Translations under genes and position numbers: made by a program | DNA from: Sphaerodactylus townsendi | Lineage: Eukaryota | DNA: 64,000 nt | Assembly (NCBI RefSeq): GCF_021028975.2 | Contig: NW_025950341.1 | Coordinates: 1,116,001-1,180,000, forward strand | Direction of reading: 5' to 3' | Notes under the pieces: model-generated | The model's database searches: none | Seen by the model: the letters and a program-made list of their open reading frames with translations, nothing else | What the model was told of the DNA's origin: nothing | In this document: positions 1 through 13,680 of the stretch, piece after piece | Layout: each line of letters opens with the position of its first letter | Position numbering within the stretch: the stretch's first letter is position 1

Positions 1-1032
1 TGAATCAATCTAGTCCACAATGTTGTTTCAAGCAGTGGCCAGTCAGATGCCACAGGGAAGCCCACATATAGAACCCACTGGGAATAACCATTACCAACTG
101 GCTACCCACCCACCCTGTGCCCAACCAATGACATGGTTATCAGAGGCACTCACAAGCCAAATATCCATTGAGTAAAGTAGTACTTTTTTGTGTGTGTCTT
201 AAATATATTGCTAATATGTTTTGTAGGTGGACCTCCCACACACACACACAGGTTCTAACACTATGAGAGAGAAATGAAAGTCTCCTTCTATCTACTTTCT
301 TCACATAACCCTATAAACCTTTATCTCATCGCTCCTCAGACACCTGAAATGCACTGGTTTGCTGCTTGAACCCCATCCAAAAGTTCTGTTGATGGAAAAG
401 GAATATTTTCACCATTCCCTTCTCCCTTGGCAGACTTTTGATACCCCAAGTTATTACTGAGGGGGTCCCTTTCCCCCAAAATCAGGATTTGGGTGGTATT
501 TTTTGGGTTGTAGTAGGAGGGGGAGGGAGGAGGAAGTCATCCTTCCCCCATGGAAAAGAAAAAAATTAGCACACCTATGAATATTTTCCTACTAGGTTCC
601 CCCCTCCTTTTCATGAATGGATGCAGCTTTCTTATTTTTGGTGCAATGTATGGACTAAAGGAACACCCAAGGAAGTATTCAGATATTTGATGATTGCTTC
701 GGCATGCTTAGCCCCTGAAGGATATCAACTTTGTCTTGCCTTGGCGTCTCAAAGGTCAGGTAAAAATAATAAGATTGTGTATATAGTGTACTGTAATCTC
801 AGTCCTGGACTGTTTTTTTCCAGTTCTTCTGAGTTTCTTCCCTCATAGCTACCCGCCTTGAGCCCTTTGGGAAAGGGCGGGATAAAAATATGATTTAAAT
901 AAATAAATTTGCCAATGGGATGGCTAGGATCAAAGAAATGCAGTATATGAGGAAGAATAACTGATTCATGAGCTGCCATTGAAATCAGAAAGTCAAAGCA
1001 ATTCATGCACTTCACAGTAGAATGGGCTAGAG

Positions 1033-1170
1033 CAGGGGTCTGCAACCTGTGGCTCTCCAGATGTTCATGGACTACAAATCCCATCAGCCCCTGCCAGCAA
1101 GGCCAATTGGGAATTGGGATGGGAATTGTAGTCCATGAACATGTGGAGAGCCACAGGTTGCAGACCCCTG
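1033..1170. mobile_element. Palindromic hAT (Buster/Charlie-type) MITE
   Basis: TIR caggggtctgcaacc / ggttgcagacccctg; TSD ggctagag / ggctagaa. Confidence 0.9.
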
Positions 1171-1436
1171 GGCTAGAAGGAGAAATAAGAAAGATCAGTT
1201 TGGTTTAAAGGCCTCCAGAAAGGAGTCCCACTCCCTATCAAAGCAACACATGAAGAGTTGAAAAGCAATTGTTACCATACATCTCTGATGTTTGTACCTT
1301 TACTCTTGGTAGTGATGGAGAAAGCAAATGTTAGTAGCTTTTGTGCATGTGGCATTCTGTCCAGTAGCATGCAAAAATATGTTAAAGCATATTAATTTAA
1401 ACTTTGTTGGCAATTAGCTGAACAATTTGTGATAAA

Positions 1437-1885
1437 TTTTTAAATGATATTTTAATTAATTTTCTTAAATATAATTCAAAAACAGAAAAGAAAATATAGA
1501 AAGAGAAAAAAGAATTACCTAAAAACTATATATACATAACAAATTAATATTCTTTCTATTATTATTATTCTTACATAATCAATTTAGGCTCAAATAAAAA
1601 ATACAGTTCCCATTTCCCATTGAACTTTTGTTTTGACCATCTGTTTTCAGGATGCGTTAATTTGGCCATTGTAGCATATTCTCTAACTTTATCTTCCCAA
1701 AGTTCTGTGTTAAGATCGCTTTCAATTTTCCAATGGGATGCAATAATTACCCTTGCAGCTGTTAATAAATGCCAACTTAGTTCATTAAGCTTCTTTGGAA
1801 GATTTTCAGGCAAAATGCCTAATAGCATAATTTTAGCAGTAAAAGGAAATTTTTGTAAACAATTTTTTGACATCTTAAGGTGCTA
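1437..1885 (-). mobile_element. L1-clade LINE 3' fragment (ORF2 C-terminus plus 3' UTR)
   Basis: ORF 1571..1873 LLTAARVIIASHWK...W..KVREYATMAKLT...F.GKW is typical of non-mammalian L1 ORF2 ends. Confidence 0.8.
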
Positions 1886-2494
1886 GTACGTTTCATTTGA
1901 TGGCCAGAACTTTGTAATTTTCAAGAAACTGCAAATCAGGGACTTGTGTCTTGAAACAGTAGCCTGTAAAATTCCATAGCTTACAAGGCAATGTTCCCAC
2001 CGGACAGGATGCCTGCAAAACACCAGAAAAAAAGGTAAATAACCTATTGCAAAATGTAAATACATCCTCTTATATTTCCCTGGTGGAATCTATCCTATTT
2101 TCCTATTTCTACATGTCTTCCCTGCTGATACCAGCTTGTCCCTCTCACTCAATGTTGCTGTCCAATTGCATTTGTCACTTTTCATTTGACCACATGCTCA
2201 GCCCATATAGGTGAATCTGCCAACTGGAACTACTCAAACTACACAACTACAACCGATTACCCTCACCATCAAAACCAGCTTAAACAAGGAGGCCTTATAC
2301 AACTCCCAGATAGTACTAAGGTTTAAACTTCAATAAGCTCCGAAGAGTTTAACCACCTAGAACACCTCTCTATACTATCTAGAGTTGGTGCACAGATTAT
2401 TACTATTATTACTACTATTTCTAAAGTAGTGGAGGGCTTCCACTCATTTCAAGTGTTGTAATGGGTAAAAGGGAGTTTTTCAGATTTCTTTTTT

Positions 2495-2740
2495 TGCAGT
2501 CAAATCTCAGCTGATTTATGGCAATCCCTTGGGTTTTCAAGGCAACAGACATTCCGAAGTGGTTTGCCATTGCCCGTCTCCACCCTGGCATTCCTTGCAG
2601 GTCTCCCTTCCAAATACTAGCTACAGTCAGGTCCAGAAGCGTGTGACTGCCCCGCCCCCGAGGTCACCCAGCAAGCTTCCATGACATGAGTGGGGATTTG
2701 AATCTGGGTTTCCCAGATTCTATTCCAACACGTTAACCTA
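2495..2740 (-). mobile_element. Fragments of a 5S-derived SINE and a tRNA-derived SINE
   Basis: gcagtcaaatctcagctgatttatggcaatccc tail followed by ggtcacccagcaagcttcc...ggatttgaatctgggtttcccagattc. Confidence 0.65.
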
Positions 2741-3168
2741 GGGATGCCAAACTCATTTTTTATGAGAACTAGATGTGACATGAATGTGACTTGGTTGGGT
2801 CAGGCCCTGGGGGGCTCCCTCAGCTGGCCCCTGAATAATTTGGGGGGAGGGGTCTCTGGTGAGCCTGCAGGGGTGGGGTGGCTGCCTTGAGAAGGCTTAT
2901 CAACCAGCTGAGGCACCACCACCGCCTTGCTCCAATTTGTTGCCTTAATCACTATGCCATGCTGGCTCTCATAATGTTTAACCTTGAATTATTATTCTCA
3001 TTTTTCTGGAGGCAAGCCCCATTAAACTCATTGGGACTTGCATTGGGACTTGTATCCAATAAGTTCAAGAGAGCTAAAGCAGATAGTAGATTTTTGGTTC
3101 AGGTAGTCAAAGCAGTATATTTTGATAGTTGATAGTTGATATTATGATAGTTGAATCTGAAGACTACA

Positions 3169-3464
3169 GCAGTGGCATAGGAGGTTAAGAGCTTGTGTAT
3201 CTAATCTGGAGGAACCGGGTTTGATTCCCAGCTCTGCCACCTGAGCTGTGGAGGCTTATCTGGGGAATTCAGATTAGCCTGAACACTCCCACACATGCTA
3301 GCTGAGTGACCTTGGGCTAGTCACAGCTTCTAGGAGCTCTCTCAGCCCCACCTATCTCACAGGGTGTTTGTAGTGAGGGGGAAAGGGCAAGGAGATTGTA
3401 AGCCCCTTTGAGTCTCCTGCAGGAGAGAAAGGGGGGATATAAATCCAAATTCTTCTTCTTCTTC
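3169..3464 (+). mobile_element. tRNA-derived squamate SINE (Squam3-like), full length
   Basis: A-box tggcataggaggtta, B-box gggtttgattcc, body ctctcagccccacctatctcacaggg, (TTC)n tail. Confidence 0.85.
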
Positions 3465-5413
3465 TACATATGGTTGTCCCCAGCCTAAATGCCAGATAAA
3501 AGGTTGCAGTCCCTTGAAAAGCAGTGAAAAGCAATCCTGGTGGTCTAGGATAATCAGATACAGATCACTAGCCTGAGATTATAAAAACAAATACACGTCA
3601 CATTCAATCCATAAAACATTGATGGAAATTAGATTAAAATTCATCTCCACCTTTATTCAAGAGGGACTTGCATCAGGATCAGCAAAAATTAGGTTTACAG
3701 TTATCATGTCAATTATCAAGGTGAGGCATATGTGTATTTCCTTCTCCTGTGAGAGATCCAGTTTGCAAATTATGAAATGTCTATGCCTTTGCTGAGATAA
3801 TATCTTAATTCATGTATTCTTTGGGGGCATGAATGAACATATGGAAGGGTCAAATCAGGGTAGCTCCTGCTGGCCTTGCTGTCAGACTGCCAGAACTCAG
3901 GGACCTATGTAAAAAGAAGTTCAATTATCTCAGCCGTGGCTCTCCTAACTTCCCAAGCAGAAAGAGTGCCATTCCATTCTGAATGCTTGTTCTAACATTT
4001 TAAAAGGTTGGGTCCAAGGTATGCATGTCTAAATTGTTTATACGCTCTGTACACAAATGTACAATTGCTGAACATTAGTGTCTGTCTCCCCTATTTTATG
4101 CTTTCTCTCCCTCTCCGCTCAGCTCATTCCTTCCTACAAGATGCTCATATTAATTCCTTTTCTTCACATTTTATGATAACAGGCTCAATCTTGATTCCCA
4201 AGAGAGCAAACTTATGCTTGAAATAATAGGAGTCTGGCACTTTAATCCTTAAGCAAAAATGAAATTTGAAAGACTCAGGTTCAAATTCCCATTCACAAGG
4301 TGACCTTAGTTCTATTTTAGTCTAACTACCTCACTGTCTGATTTCTGTAGGATAAAATAGAGGAGAACATGATGCACAGCACCCAGAGCATCTCGAAGGA
4401 AGGACAGGATAAATAATGTACTAAATAAATAAATACCAAAGCAAAAAAGGCAAAAGTCACCAGACTTGTATCCATTATATTGCCTCTGATCATCACACAT
4501 ATTAGGATCATATTTATATCAGTGCTACATGCACACATCCATAATATCATAAGTACCAACTCAAATACCATGGAAAATGATAGGATCTTGGATGATGTGC
4601 AGGAACTAACACACTTTCAAAGGTATGCTTTTCAATACTGCACATAGGGTCATTGTATTCATTCCTGATCAGCTCCTTTCAGGTGTCAAATTGCATTTGA
4701 ATGAACACTTGATCAAGGCTGCTGTGGTTTTCCATTTGTGTCACTTATAAGTATCTCATAAAAACATGGTTGTATAAATGCACCCTAATTAAGCATATAG
4801 AGAGCCTGCAGAGAACCTAGCAGTGTAAGCATTAGAAGGGACTCTCTGATGATGTATTTAGATGTTGGACTCTAAAATGGCATTGTACCCTTTGTCATCC
4901 TTCTGGCATACCAAGGGTTCAGTGAAAGACAAAGCTATAGGTTAGGGCACTACTGTTCCTGGAAATCTTATAAAATATTTGAAAATAAGTCATAAAAGTT
5001 CACTATCAATATATAATGAAAATAATACATATTGCAATAGCAGTCCTCGTTATGTTCTCAGTATTGCTAACAACACCAAGAAACAGACAGGAATTCACTC
5101 ACCAGTTCTGCACATCAGATAAATCCAATTAAAGGTGACCAGTCCCTTCACACTTACACAGTCTCTGGATGGTCAATAGAAATCTTAATCTATCATACTT
5201 AAGTCTTTTTCATGTTACTTCTGATGTTATCCATATCAAGAATCCCACGAAACTGAAAATCTTACAAAGCTATAGATCAACCCTGACACTAAGGGGCATC
5301 ATCTCAGCTAAGAGGTAAAAATCAATTTGGGGGAAATGTCCCTGGTGTCTTAGAACTTTTAGTTAGGTTCCTTGGTTCCACATGGCATCAATGACAATAT
5401 TGTTACTTTAGGG

Positions 5414-5559
5414 CAGTGGTGGCGAACCTTTGGCACTCCAGATGTTATGGACTACAATTCCCATCAGCCCTTGCCAGCATGGCCAATTGACCATGCTGGC
5501 AGGGGCTGATGGGAATTGTAGTCCATAACATCTGGAGTGCCAAAGGTTCGCCACCACAG
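5414..5559. mobile_element. Palindromic hAT (Buster-type) MITE
   Basis: TIR cagtggtggcgaacc / ggttcgccaccacag; perfect TSD ctttaggg. Confidence 0.93.
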
Positions 5560-6676
5560 CTTTAGGGGAATAATACAGAGTACAGTTTTCACAAAAATAG
5601 ATGAGTATTTGCAAACTGGGAGTCTATGCTTGAAGCCAGGACTATTTTTGTTTATTGAATTCATGCATGGGATTCCCAAGAGGTTTCCCATCCAGGTACC
5701 GGCAAGACCAGACCTGGTTAGATTAAGCGAGGTGACTGCAGCCTGCTTTTTGTACCATCTATCCATACACTGGGATTAAATTTTATCCTTAGGATTACAT
5801 GAATTGCAGGGAATTTGTATTTTCTTATTAAAGAGTTCCAATCTCATAAACTCAGGGTAAGAAACCAAAGCAAATGAAAGACTATTTTTGAAATTATCGT
5901 GGGTGTAAGAGTGTGTAGCACAGTCCAAACCATATTTGTTATAATTACCCTGAAACTGACTGATTTAGGCATGACAAGAAGGCCATCTAGTGGCTTTTTC
6001 AGAAATCTCACCTTGTTCCATCTGGGATATTGTTATAACCATCTCATTACAAACAGGAGCCTAAATTTAATTGGATCTCTGAAAATCCTGCATGTCATAT
6101 CAACACCTTTTTAAAACAGCATGCTGAATGTAATGATCATTTAATTGAATTCAAGAGCATTTCTACCGACACTAATATAGTACTCTTCCTGTTGGTGAAT
6201 TAGACAAGATAGATGACTCTTTGAATAGTACGAGCTGTTAATTGGAAGAACCATTTTTAAAACAAAAAATATGTGAGTGCTGTTTTACAGACATGAATAT
6301 GACTTCAGTTGAGACTGGAACAATCACAGTGTTACCTTGAGCAGTGTTTCCTGAATCGTTCATACCACTGGCACATGATTCTTATGGATTAAAATGGGAG
6401 GCACTTGGTAGTAGAAAATGCTATCAATTCATAGCCCCTATAGTGACCCCAAAGGGATTTTAAAACAAGAGACATTGAGAGGTGGCTTGACATTATCTGC
6501 TTTTAGGTGAGTTAAGAGAGTTTTGAGAGAACTGTGACTGGCCCAAGGCTTCATGTGGAGGAGTGAGGAATTGAACAATTCTTAACCACAACCCCCCACT
6601 GGCTCATAGTTCATTATTTCAGATGTATTCGCTCCCAGAACAATGTGCAAACATCTTTCTTGCAACTGCTAATTCC

Positions 6677-9600
6677 AATCAATCAATCAATCAATTTTAT
6701 TGAAAGCCATAGGCCATTACAATATTACAATATTATTACATTAAAACTTCTGAGCCAACTTGTTATTCCAACAGGTAAGAAAAAGAAAAAAAAATCACTA
6801 AAAATCCATCATGTGAACACTAAGTCTTTCACTTTCCCCCCTACAGTATGTCTAGATTGTATTCCCACCTAACTTATACCTCACCCTTCTAGGGTTTGAT
6901 CATTTACTTTATTACGCTTGTTGGAGCGAATCTTTGTAGCTGGCTAAGGCTTACTAGGCCAACCCCTATAGGATATATATAGGGATCCAAACTGGGTACA
7001 AGTGAGAAGGTGCATAATTTGTCCTGACTCATATATATACCTGGGACAGGGATATGGAAACTATTCAGAAACTTAGCCCAAGGCTCTGCGTGCAGGGGCA
7101 AGTTCCAGGAGACATAAGAGGTAAATCCTCTACTTCCTGTTTCCAGATACAAATTCGTTGTTCAACTGGTATCTTTTGGCATATCTGCCTTCTCTAAATA
7201 ATTTTGTTGGCACTTGTTTTGAAATCAGAATGCTTTCAAGTAGCCTTCCTTATCTTAAACTGAGTAATGCCAGCAAGATAGGAGGCCTCCTATAGCGATG
7301 ATCCTTTTTTTAAGGTGGACTATACCAGGGAGCAAACTTGGAATGTAAGGAATTATATCTCTGTCCATACAGGTTATCTCCTTTGAATATCCAATCCCGA
7401 AGGTCGTGGATTTAAAATTGGTGAAGAGAATAAATGATCTGGAAACAGAATAACTGGAGACAATATATTATTTAGGGAGGTATTATGTAAATTTTGAGGC
7501 CTTTAGTAATATCTGCAGACTTTGATTCCCAAAGCAGTAGAGTCTTGGTTTTAGTGGAACTCTTTTTAACGTATCTTTCCCAAAAATTGCCAATTCAGCC
7601 TCGAGCTTTTGTAAATCAGAAGGTGCAAGCCGAAGTTCTGCCAACTCTAAGGAGGGCTTTCGCATGGCGTTCCCTTTAGGGAGTAGGGAGGAATTCGCTC
7701 TTAAGGAAAGCTGAGTTTTGAATAGTTTCTATTTTATGTAGGGACTTGGACATTTCCCATCCCCAAATCTCTGTAGCATACAGTAACATAGGATATAACT
7801 TTTAGTTTTAAAGATTTTTAGGGCTGGATCCAACTAAATGAAAGCCCTTCCCTTTTGTATGATAAAATCTCAGTATTGGCCCCTAACAGATTTCTTGGGC
7901 AGCTGCTTTGACCACTGCTAAGTGGGCATTTCCAATTTGAGTGTAGAAGGGCTGAAATGTAACACCTAAATATCTTTAAAAAGTAAATTGCAATTGCTCT
8001 TATAGGAATATATTATGGATGTTCCAAACTGTATTTTCTTTGGTCTCTTTTCCTTGAACACCTCATTACCTTAGTTTTGGAATAGTTTATGGAGAGGGCT
8101 CTCCTCTCTGCAGTGCACTCACCCAAACTATATATATAGGAGTCTCCTTAAAACCATTCCCTTGTAAGTGGAAATCTAGGACCATTCATCATCTGCATAA
8201 AGCAGAATTGAAATTCTTCTGTTTCTCTCCTTAAGCCGAGGGGCAACAAATTCATGGCCTAGTCAGCTTAGGGAATTATATCATTAATATAAAGATTGAA
8301 TAAAATGGGGGCACAGTAAACAGCCCTGCTTGCCACTCCTTTCCCCTGCTCTAAACCCATCTGTTAGAGGAGCCTGATGTATTTACATCTGAGGAAGCTT
8401 TGATCCATGTATCCCTCGTGCAGCTCTCTAATAAGGAAAAAGTAAGTCAGTTTATCCATTATTTGTGTTCCAGCGAATTTCCACCAGAGTCTCTTCTCTA
8501 CATACTGAGTCAAAAGCTAGAGGCCAAATCAACAAAATGCCGTGATATAGGAAGCTTTCGTTGGCTAGCCTCTTATGGCTGAAATGAGACTTAATTGATA
8601 TAGTACAAGGCAGTGGTCAACTGTAGCTTGTCCCTTCCTAAATCCTGCCTGTTGTGGGTGTAATATGTGGATCTCCTCAATTTCCCAATCTTCTAATTCC
8701 TTTCCAAGGAGATATTTGACGGCATATATTTTTTAGGAGGCAGTGTTCAATAGGGCTTCTATTGGGCTTATAGTTCTTTGGAGTCATTTTGTCTCCCTTT
8801 TTTATGTATAGGGACAATTATGCTGGTTTTCCATCCACTTGGGAAAAAAACTGCTGCAGTATTATTGTTAATCTGAGTGGAAAAGTTTGGCAAGAATTGG
8901 TACCCACCAAGATGGAAATTGCTCTTTGAACACACATCATTCGGAATCAGACCTTCACCGAGCCTTCCCTGGTTTTAATCAGGAACTGATCTAAGTTCTC
9001 TCATTCTCTTTTCTCCCTTACTGGAGGAGACCAATTTGGAGAGGATAGGCTTAAGTCATCAAGGGGCACCCTTTTCTTGTTAAGTCTGGAAGTAACTTAG
9101 GGATCAAGGAGGAATCGAAAATTTGGGAGAAATGCTTAAAACCAAAATATCACCAGGTATCTGTGCAAATTTAAAACTGTGCAACATGAACTCCATCCCA
9201 ACAGAATGAGACCAGAGCCCAAAAATGTGCTTCGCTTTTCCTCGAGTCCACGGCTTGGGGCCAGTGCCTTTCCCATTGGCATCTTAGAATATGCTTTTTC
9301 TCTTCTGCCTAATTCAAAGCTTCTATAGCACTGTGATCTTAGTATGAGTATTTGGGAATTTCTGTCTATATCCCTTTTGCCGGCTGCAGTAAAAGTTTTA
9401 AATTATTATTTAATTTCCTCTTTAGTGCTCTTGCACTCCTGGTCCAAACCTAGCCCTTATGTGAGCAGGCTTATGCATTACAGTAGTTGGAGCATTAGAG
9501 TAAAACAAGTATGTCGGCTTGAGGCCATTGATTATCTCTTGTATCATATTCTCTTCCATCACACTTAGCTCTGAGTTTTATTATATTCAGCCTTTTGGAC

Positions 9601-10150
9601 TCTCAAAGGCTCCTCACTGCCTTAAGCATACAGCTTGGCTACTTCAGTCATGAGCTGTTCGGACCCATTTTAAGATCCTACGGGTACATGGAAATGCATT
9701 TTCTTTGGTCTCATAGTTTGAGTTAGCAATTTTTTTTTATTAAGACCAACTATTAATTTCTATGGGGAAATGGTCACTCTCTATTCGGTCCAACACTGCA
9801 AACTCCTGAAACTTGGAGGTAATTAAATCAGGTGGATACTTGCTATATAGTCAGTGGTGCTTGCAGAAATAGATGACAAGAAAGTGAACCCACCTCCTGA
9901 CGAATCAAACTTTGTACCATGCAAAATACTTAAGCTATACAAGGAGAACAGCTCCACAAGTTCAAGCCCTGCTTTGTTTATAATTTGATCTTGGGCACAA
10001 CGATCTAAGAGAAGAGCGTTATCAGCTACTTGTGCATCAATTCCCGAGATCGGTTTGTATTGCCCTGGACCTATCCTTAACTGCTAATTCCAGTTAACAG
10101 GTACACAGTGATAGATTACACCCCGACATATCAGCTAATTTTCAAGTCAG
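6677..10150 (-). mobile_element. Decayed LINE, probably RTE-X clade (AP endonuclease + RT + C-terminal Cys/His motif)
   Basis: Minus-strand remnants: D.IINKAG.EL...LHG...GFTF.S...DYI (EN), KQGCLL.P and ISILLYADD (RT), KIPVEQRIC...EVEDL (Zn motif); 3' end AATAAA plus (ATTG)n tail at ~6677-6712; many stops and frameshifts. Confidence 0.75.
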
Positions 10151-10459
10151 AATTCAGTCTCTTTCATCATGGCATACTATTGTACTCAGCACACCATTTA
10201 GGATAGAATCACGGCTGTAGCATGCTGCCTTAATGGGAATTCCAGTGTGATTTAACACTTCACCAGAGTTCAGAATGACACTCCCTTTGCTCCTTGAATC
10301 GATTGGTAATAAAGTTATCAAGCTATATGTTACCTTGTAGGCATTCCGTTCATAATGGAGCTGCAATACAGAAAACAAAACATTTACAATAAGTAGCATT
10401 GAAAAGAACAGTTATTTCTTCTAGACTTGTGTATAAAAAGTGCAATGAACAAATTATAC

Positions 10460-10656
10460 AGCCTTGTCATTAATCAGACACATTGTCCATCAAGGTCAGG
10501 ATATAGTCAGATTGGAAGCAGCTCTCTGGGGTCTCAGATACAGGTCTTAACACATCACCCACTTCTTGATCCTTTCAGTTGGAGATGCTGGGGATTAAAC
10601 CAGGGATCTTCTGCATGCCAACCAGATGTTCTGCCACTAAGCCCCATCCCCTACCC
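10460..10656 (-). mobile_element. tRNA-derived SINE (Squam2-like)
   Basis: Reverse complement of the element at 50283-50495. Confidence 0.75.
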
Positions 10657-11023
10657 CAATGGTGGCGAACCTGTGGCACGGGTGCCAGAGGTGGCACTCA
10701 GAGCCCTTTCGGTGGGCACACGTGCACAGAGTTCATCATGTGGGGGGGGGTGGAAAATCAACCACACACCCCTAGGCTGGCCTGGGTGTGATCCTTTACC
10801 TGGGAGTAAGCTCGGTTGCTGGCAATAAGGCTTGCTTCTGAGTAAACCCTCCTAGGGTCGTGATTCATCCATTCGAAGCGTTGCACGGTTGCTTCACCAA
10901 GCTTACTCCCGAGTAACATGCGCCTCGGAGCCAACTGTTTTTTCTAAACTAGAACATCAGTATTCAGGTTAAATTGCCGTGTTGGCACTTTGCACTCGGT
11001 CTCGAAAAGGTTCGCCATCACTG
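10657..11023 (+). mobile_element. Non-autonomous hAT (Buster-type), internally deleted copy of the 45161/62879 family
   Basis: TIR caatggtggcgaacc / ggttcgccatcactg; perfect TSD ccctaccc. Confidence 0.92.
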
Positions 11024-11409
11024 CCCTACCCATATAGTTGTTGTTGTACAGGCAAACAGAAAGGGAGTAGGTAGATATGTAGATTGTACTTGACCAGACG
11101 CAATGAGAGCAAGCCAAGTTGAAGTAACTCTTCCAAGTGTCCGGAGCTCTCCTCAGAGCTGTCTGGTATCTACATGGGCACAGGAGATGATGATGCAGGG
11201 GCAAAAAAGCATGTCCTTTACCTCATATGCTGCTGACTTGAGCCACACTGCTCTGGAGCTTATCTCAGTTGTTCAGGTGGAGAGCCACCCCTGCGTGCAG
11301 AGCAAAGTGGTCTGCTGTGCTTTTGTTCAACTCCTGTGCAGAGGTTTGTCTCTTATTCTTTAGATGTTACAAAGTCCTTATTTTCATTGAGTGATGACAT
11401 TTACAATTG

Positions 11410-11723
11410 AGCTCCCATCTCCTATTAGCTCCCATTGAAAACAATGGGGGATGGGGCACCCCTTTGGGAGTCCATAACTTTGGACCCCCTGAACCAAACC
11501 TTACCAAACCTGGGTGATATCATCAGGAGAGTCTCTCGAAAAATCCCTGAAATGTTGGTGCTGCTAGCCTAAAAACTGCATCCTCTGCAGGCCACACACA
11601 AATGGAAAAAAACACTAAAAATACAAAAAAAAACCACAAACGGACCTGCATTTCTTGCACCCCCCACAAGGGGGCACCCAGGGACATTTGACTTCCCATG
11701 TCTCCATTGAAGGTATGCCACTG
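11410..11723 (-). mobile_element. Truncated hAT element end, homologous to the left end of 59073-60263
   Basis: gtccataactttggaccccctgaaccaaac module; ends ggtatgccactg. Confidence 0.75.
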
Positions 11724-13620
11724 CCTTCCAGAACTAACCTCCTTTCAACTGTTTTTTTTACCTCAGCAAGACATTAACTGTCTTTCTGTTTACTATTCTA
11801 TTTTTGTGTTTCTGTAATATCATTCTGAAGTAAAGTTATTTTTCTTCAAAAGAAACATTGCTTATCCCTCACTAACAAAAGGGTTATGGATCTAGCAATA
11901 CTAGAGTGAAATTTCCCTCAGAAAGTAATAACCATGGTCATATATACAAAAGCTCTGAAAGTTTTGGAGTCTTCTGTTTCTGTTCTCACCTCAAGTAACT
12001 ATCCTTTGTGGAGATTCAGGAGAATAAATGAGCTTATGAAAAAGGATCTCTGGGAGACAGCTGAGATGTCTCTGGCCAACAGAAGAAGCACAGAAAGCTC
12101 AGTGTGGGAGAAGGGGAGGGCAGAGATTTCTACATTTGTGAGTGACAATCGTTTATATCACACAAGGGATTTAAAAACTGCCAAGGATCTATAGCTGGGT
12201 TTGAGAATTATAGTGTTGAAAAAACACTCTTAGTGAAAAATTGTATTTATCTAGAAAGTTGTTTAATTTGAATCTAAATGGAGAAGAACTAGAAAAACAT
12301 TTAAGTCAAGTAACAGAATTGATGGATCATTTAAGTACTCTAGGCAAGAAATTTGACAAAGAAAACAAAGTTATTTTAATTCTATGAAGTCAGCCTGAAA
12401 GTTACAATTTGTTGATACATGCTTTGTATATTAGATGAACTTTCTATGAAGTATGTAGTGTCATGCCTTAAAGAAAAGACAGCTAGAAGAACCGAGAAGG
12501 CAGCAAAGGGTAAAACCCAAGCACTTTCTATACAAAAGACTGGTAAGCATAATGTTAAAATGAATTCTACTTTACAAAGTATAAAAAGAGGCAAAATTAG
12601 TAATTGTTATAATGATGGCCAGTTGGTCATTTTTCTAAAGATTGTTTGAAACCCACTGACAAAGAAAAACCACAGGGTGGCAGCAGAAGGCATTCTGAAA
12701 GTATTTTTATTGTACATCAAAACAACGTGGCAATCTCAGATTGCATAAATAATGATGACAAAGTAACCTCTTCCAGTTAGTTAATTGATTCAGGGGCTTC
12801 AATGCCCATGGCCTATAATTCTGAATTTTTCAAAGAGTTATATAAAAATTTGACAGAGACAGTTACAATTCCAAATAGTAGCAGAATTTCATTCAAAAAA
12901 AAGGAGCAGGACTTCTTAGATGTGCTGCAGGAGGAAGAACTGTTTATAATCATGTGCAAAATGTTGTTACTTGTCACAGCTGGCAGACAACTTGCTCAGT
13001 GAATCAGCTTTGACCAAGCCTGGTTTTAATATAAATTTCAATCAAAATAGGTGTGTAATTACCAGAAATGGAGCTCTCTATGCACAAAGTTTTGAAAATA
13101 ATTGAGTTTTTGTACTAGACACATGCAAAGAAAGTGTGCATCCCGTCAAGAGTAATTCAAGCACAAGTTGTATCCATTTGTGGCATAGGAGGCTTGGGCA
13201 AAGAGACTTCAAGGCCTAACACTCTTACAAATGAGAGATCTGGTGAGAGGGATGGAAATTAAACCTTGTAAAGTTGATCTAGACAGTAAAACATGTGAAA
13301 GTTGTTTCTTGGGAAACAGAACATGACCTTCTGTTCCCAAATAAGCTTAGAGAGGTTTAACAAATCCCTTGCAACTTATCCATTCAGATATATGTGGTCC
13401 AATTCAACCAATGTCTTGTCCATGTAGTAAATATATATTAACATTTATTAATGACTTTCCCAGATACTATATAACTTACCTTTTAAAGGACAAAATAAAA
13501 ACTGCCAAGAAATTGAACAGTTTTGTTGCAGGTGTTGCAAATCAATTTGGGAGGAAACCACAAGCAATAATTATAAATAATGGTGGTGAGTACATATCAC
13601 ATTACATGGAGCAGAATACC
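11724..13620 (+). mobile_element. Decayed Ty1/copia LTR retrotransposon: LTR end, PBS, gag, protease, N-terminal part of integrase
   Basis: ...ctaaca then ggttatggatctag (copia PBS GGTTATGGGCCCAG-like); gag LTSSNYPLWRFR..DLWE, LKTAKDL, LSRKLFNL; broken CCHC; protease LIDSGAS; LWHRRLG; integrase LQLIHSDICGP...KYILTFIND...NNGGEY. Gag-PR-IN order is copia-type. Confidence 0.9.
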
Positions 13621-13680
13621 CACTGCAAAGCTGAAAGCTATAGTGTGGAGGTACAGCTGGACTAGCCACCTCTCAATGTG

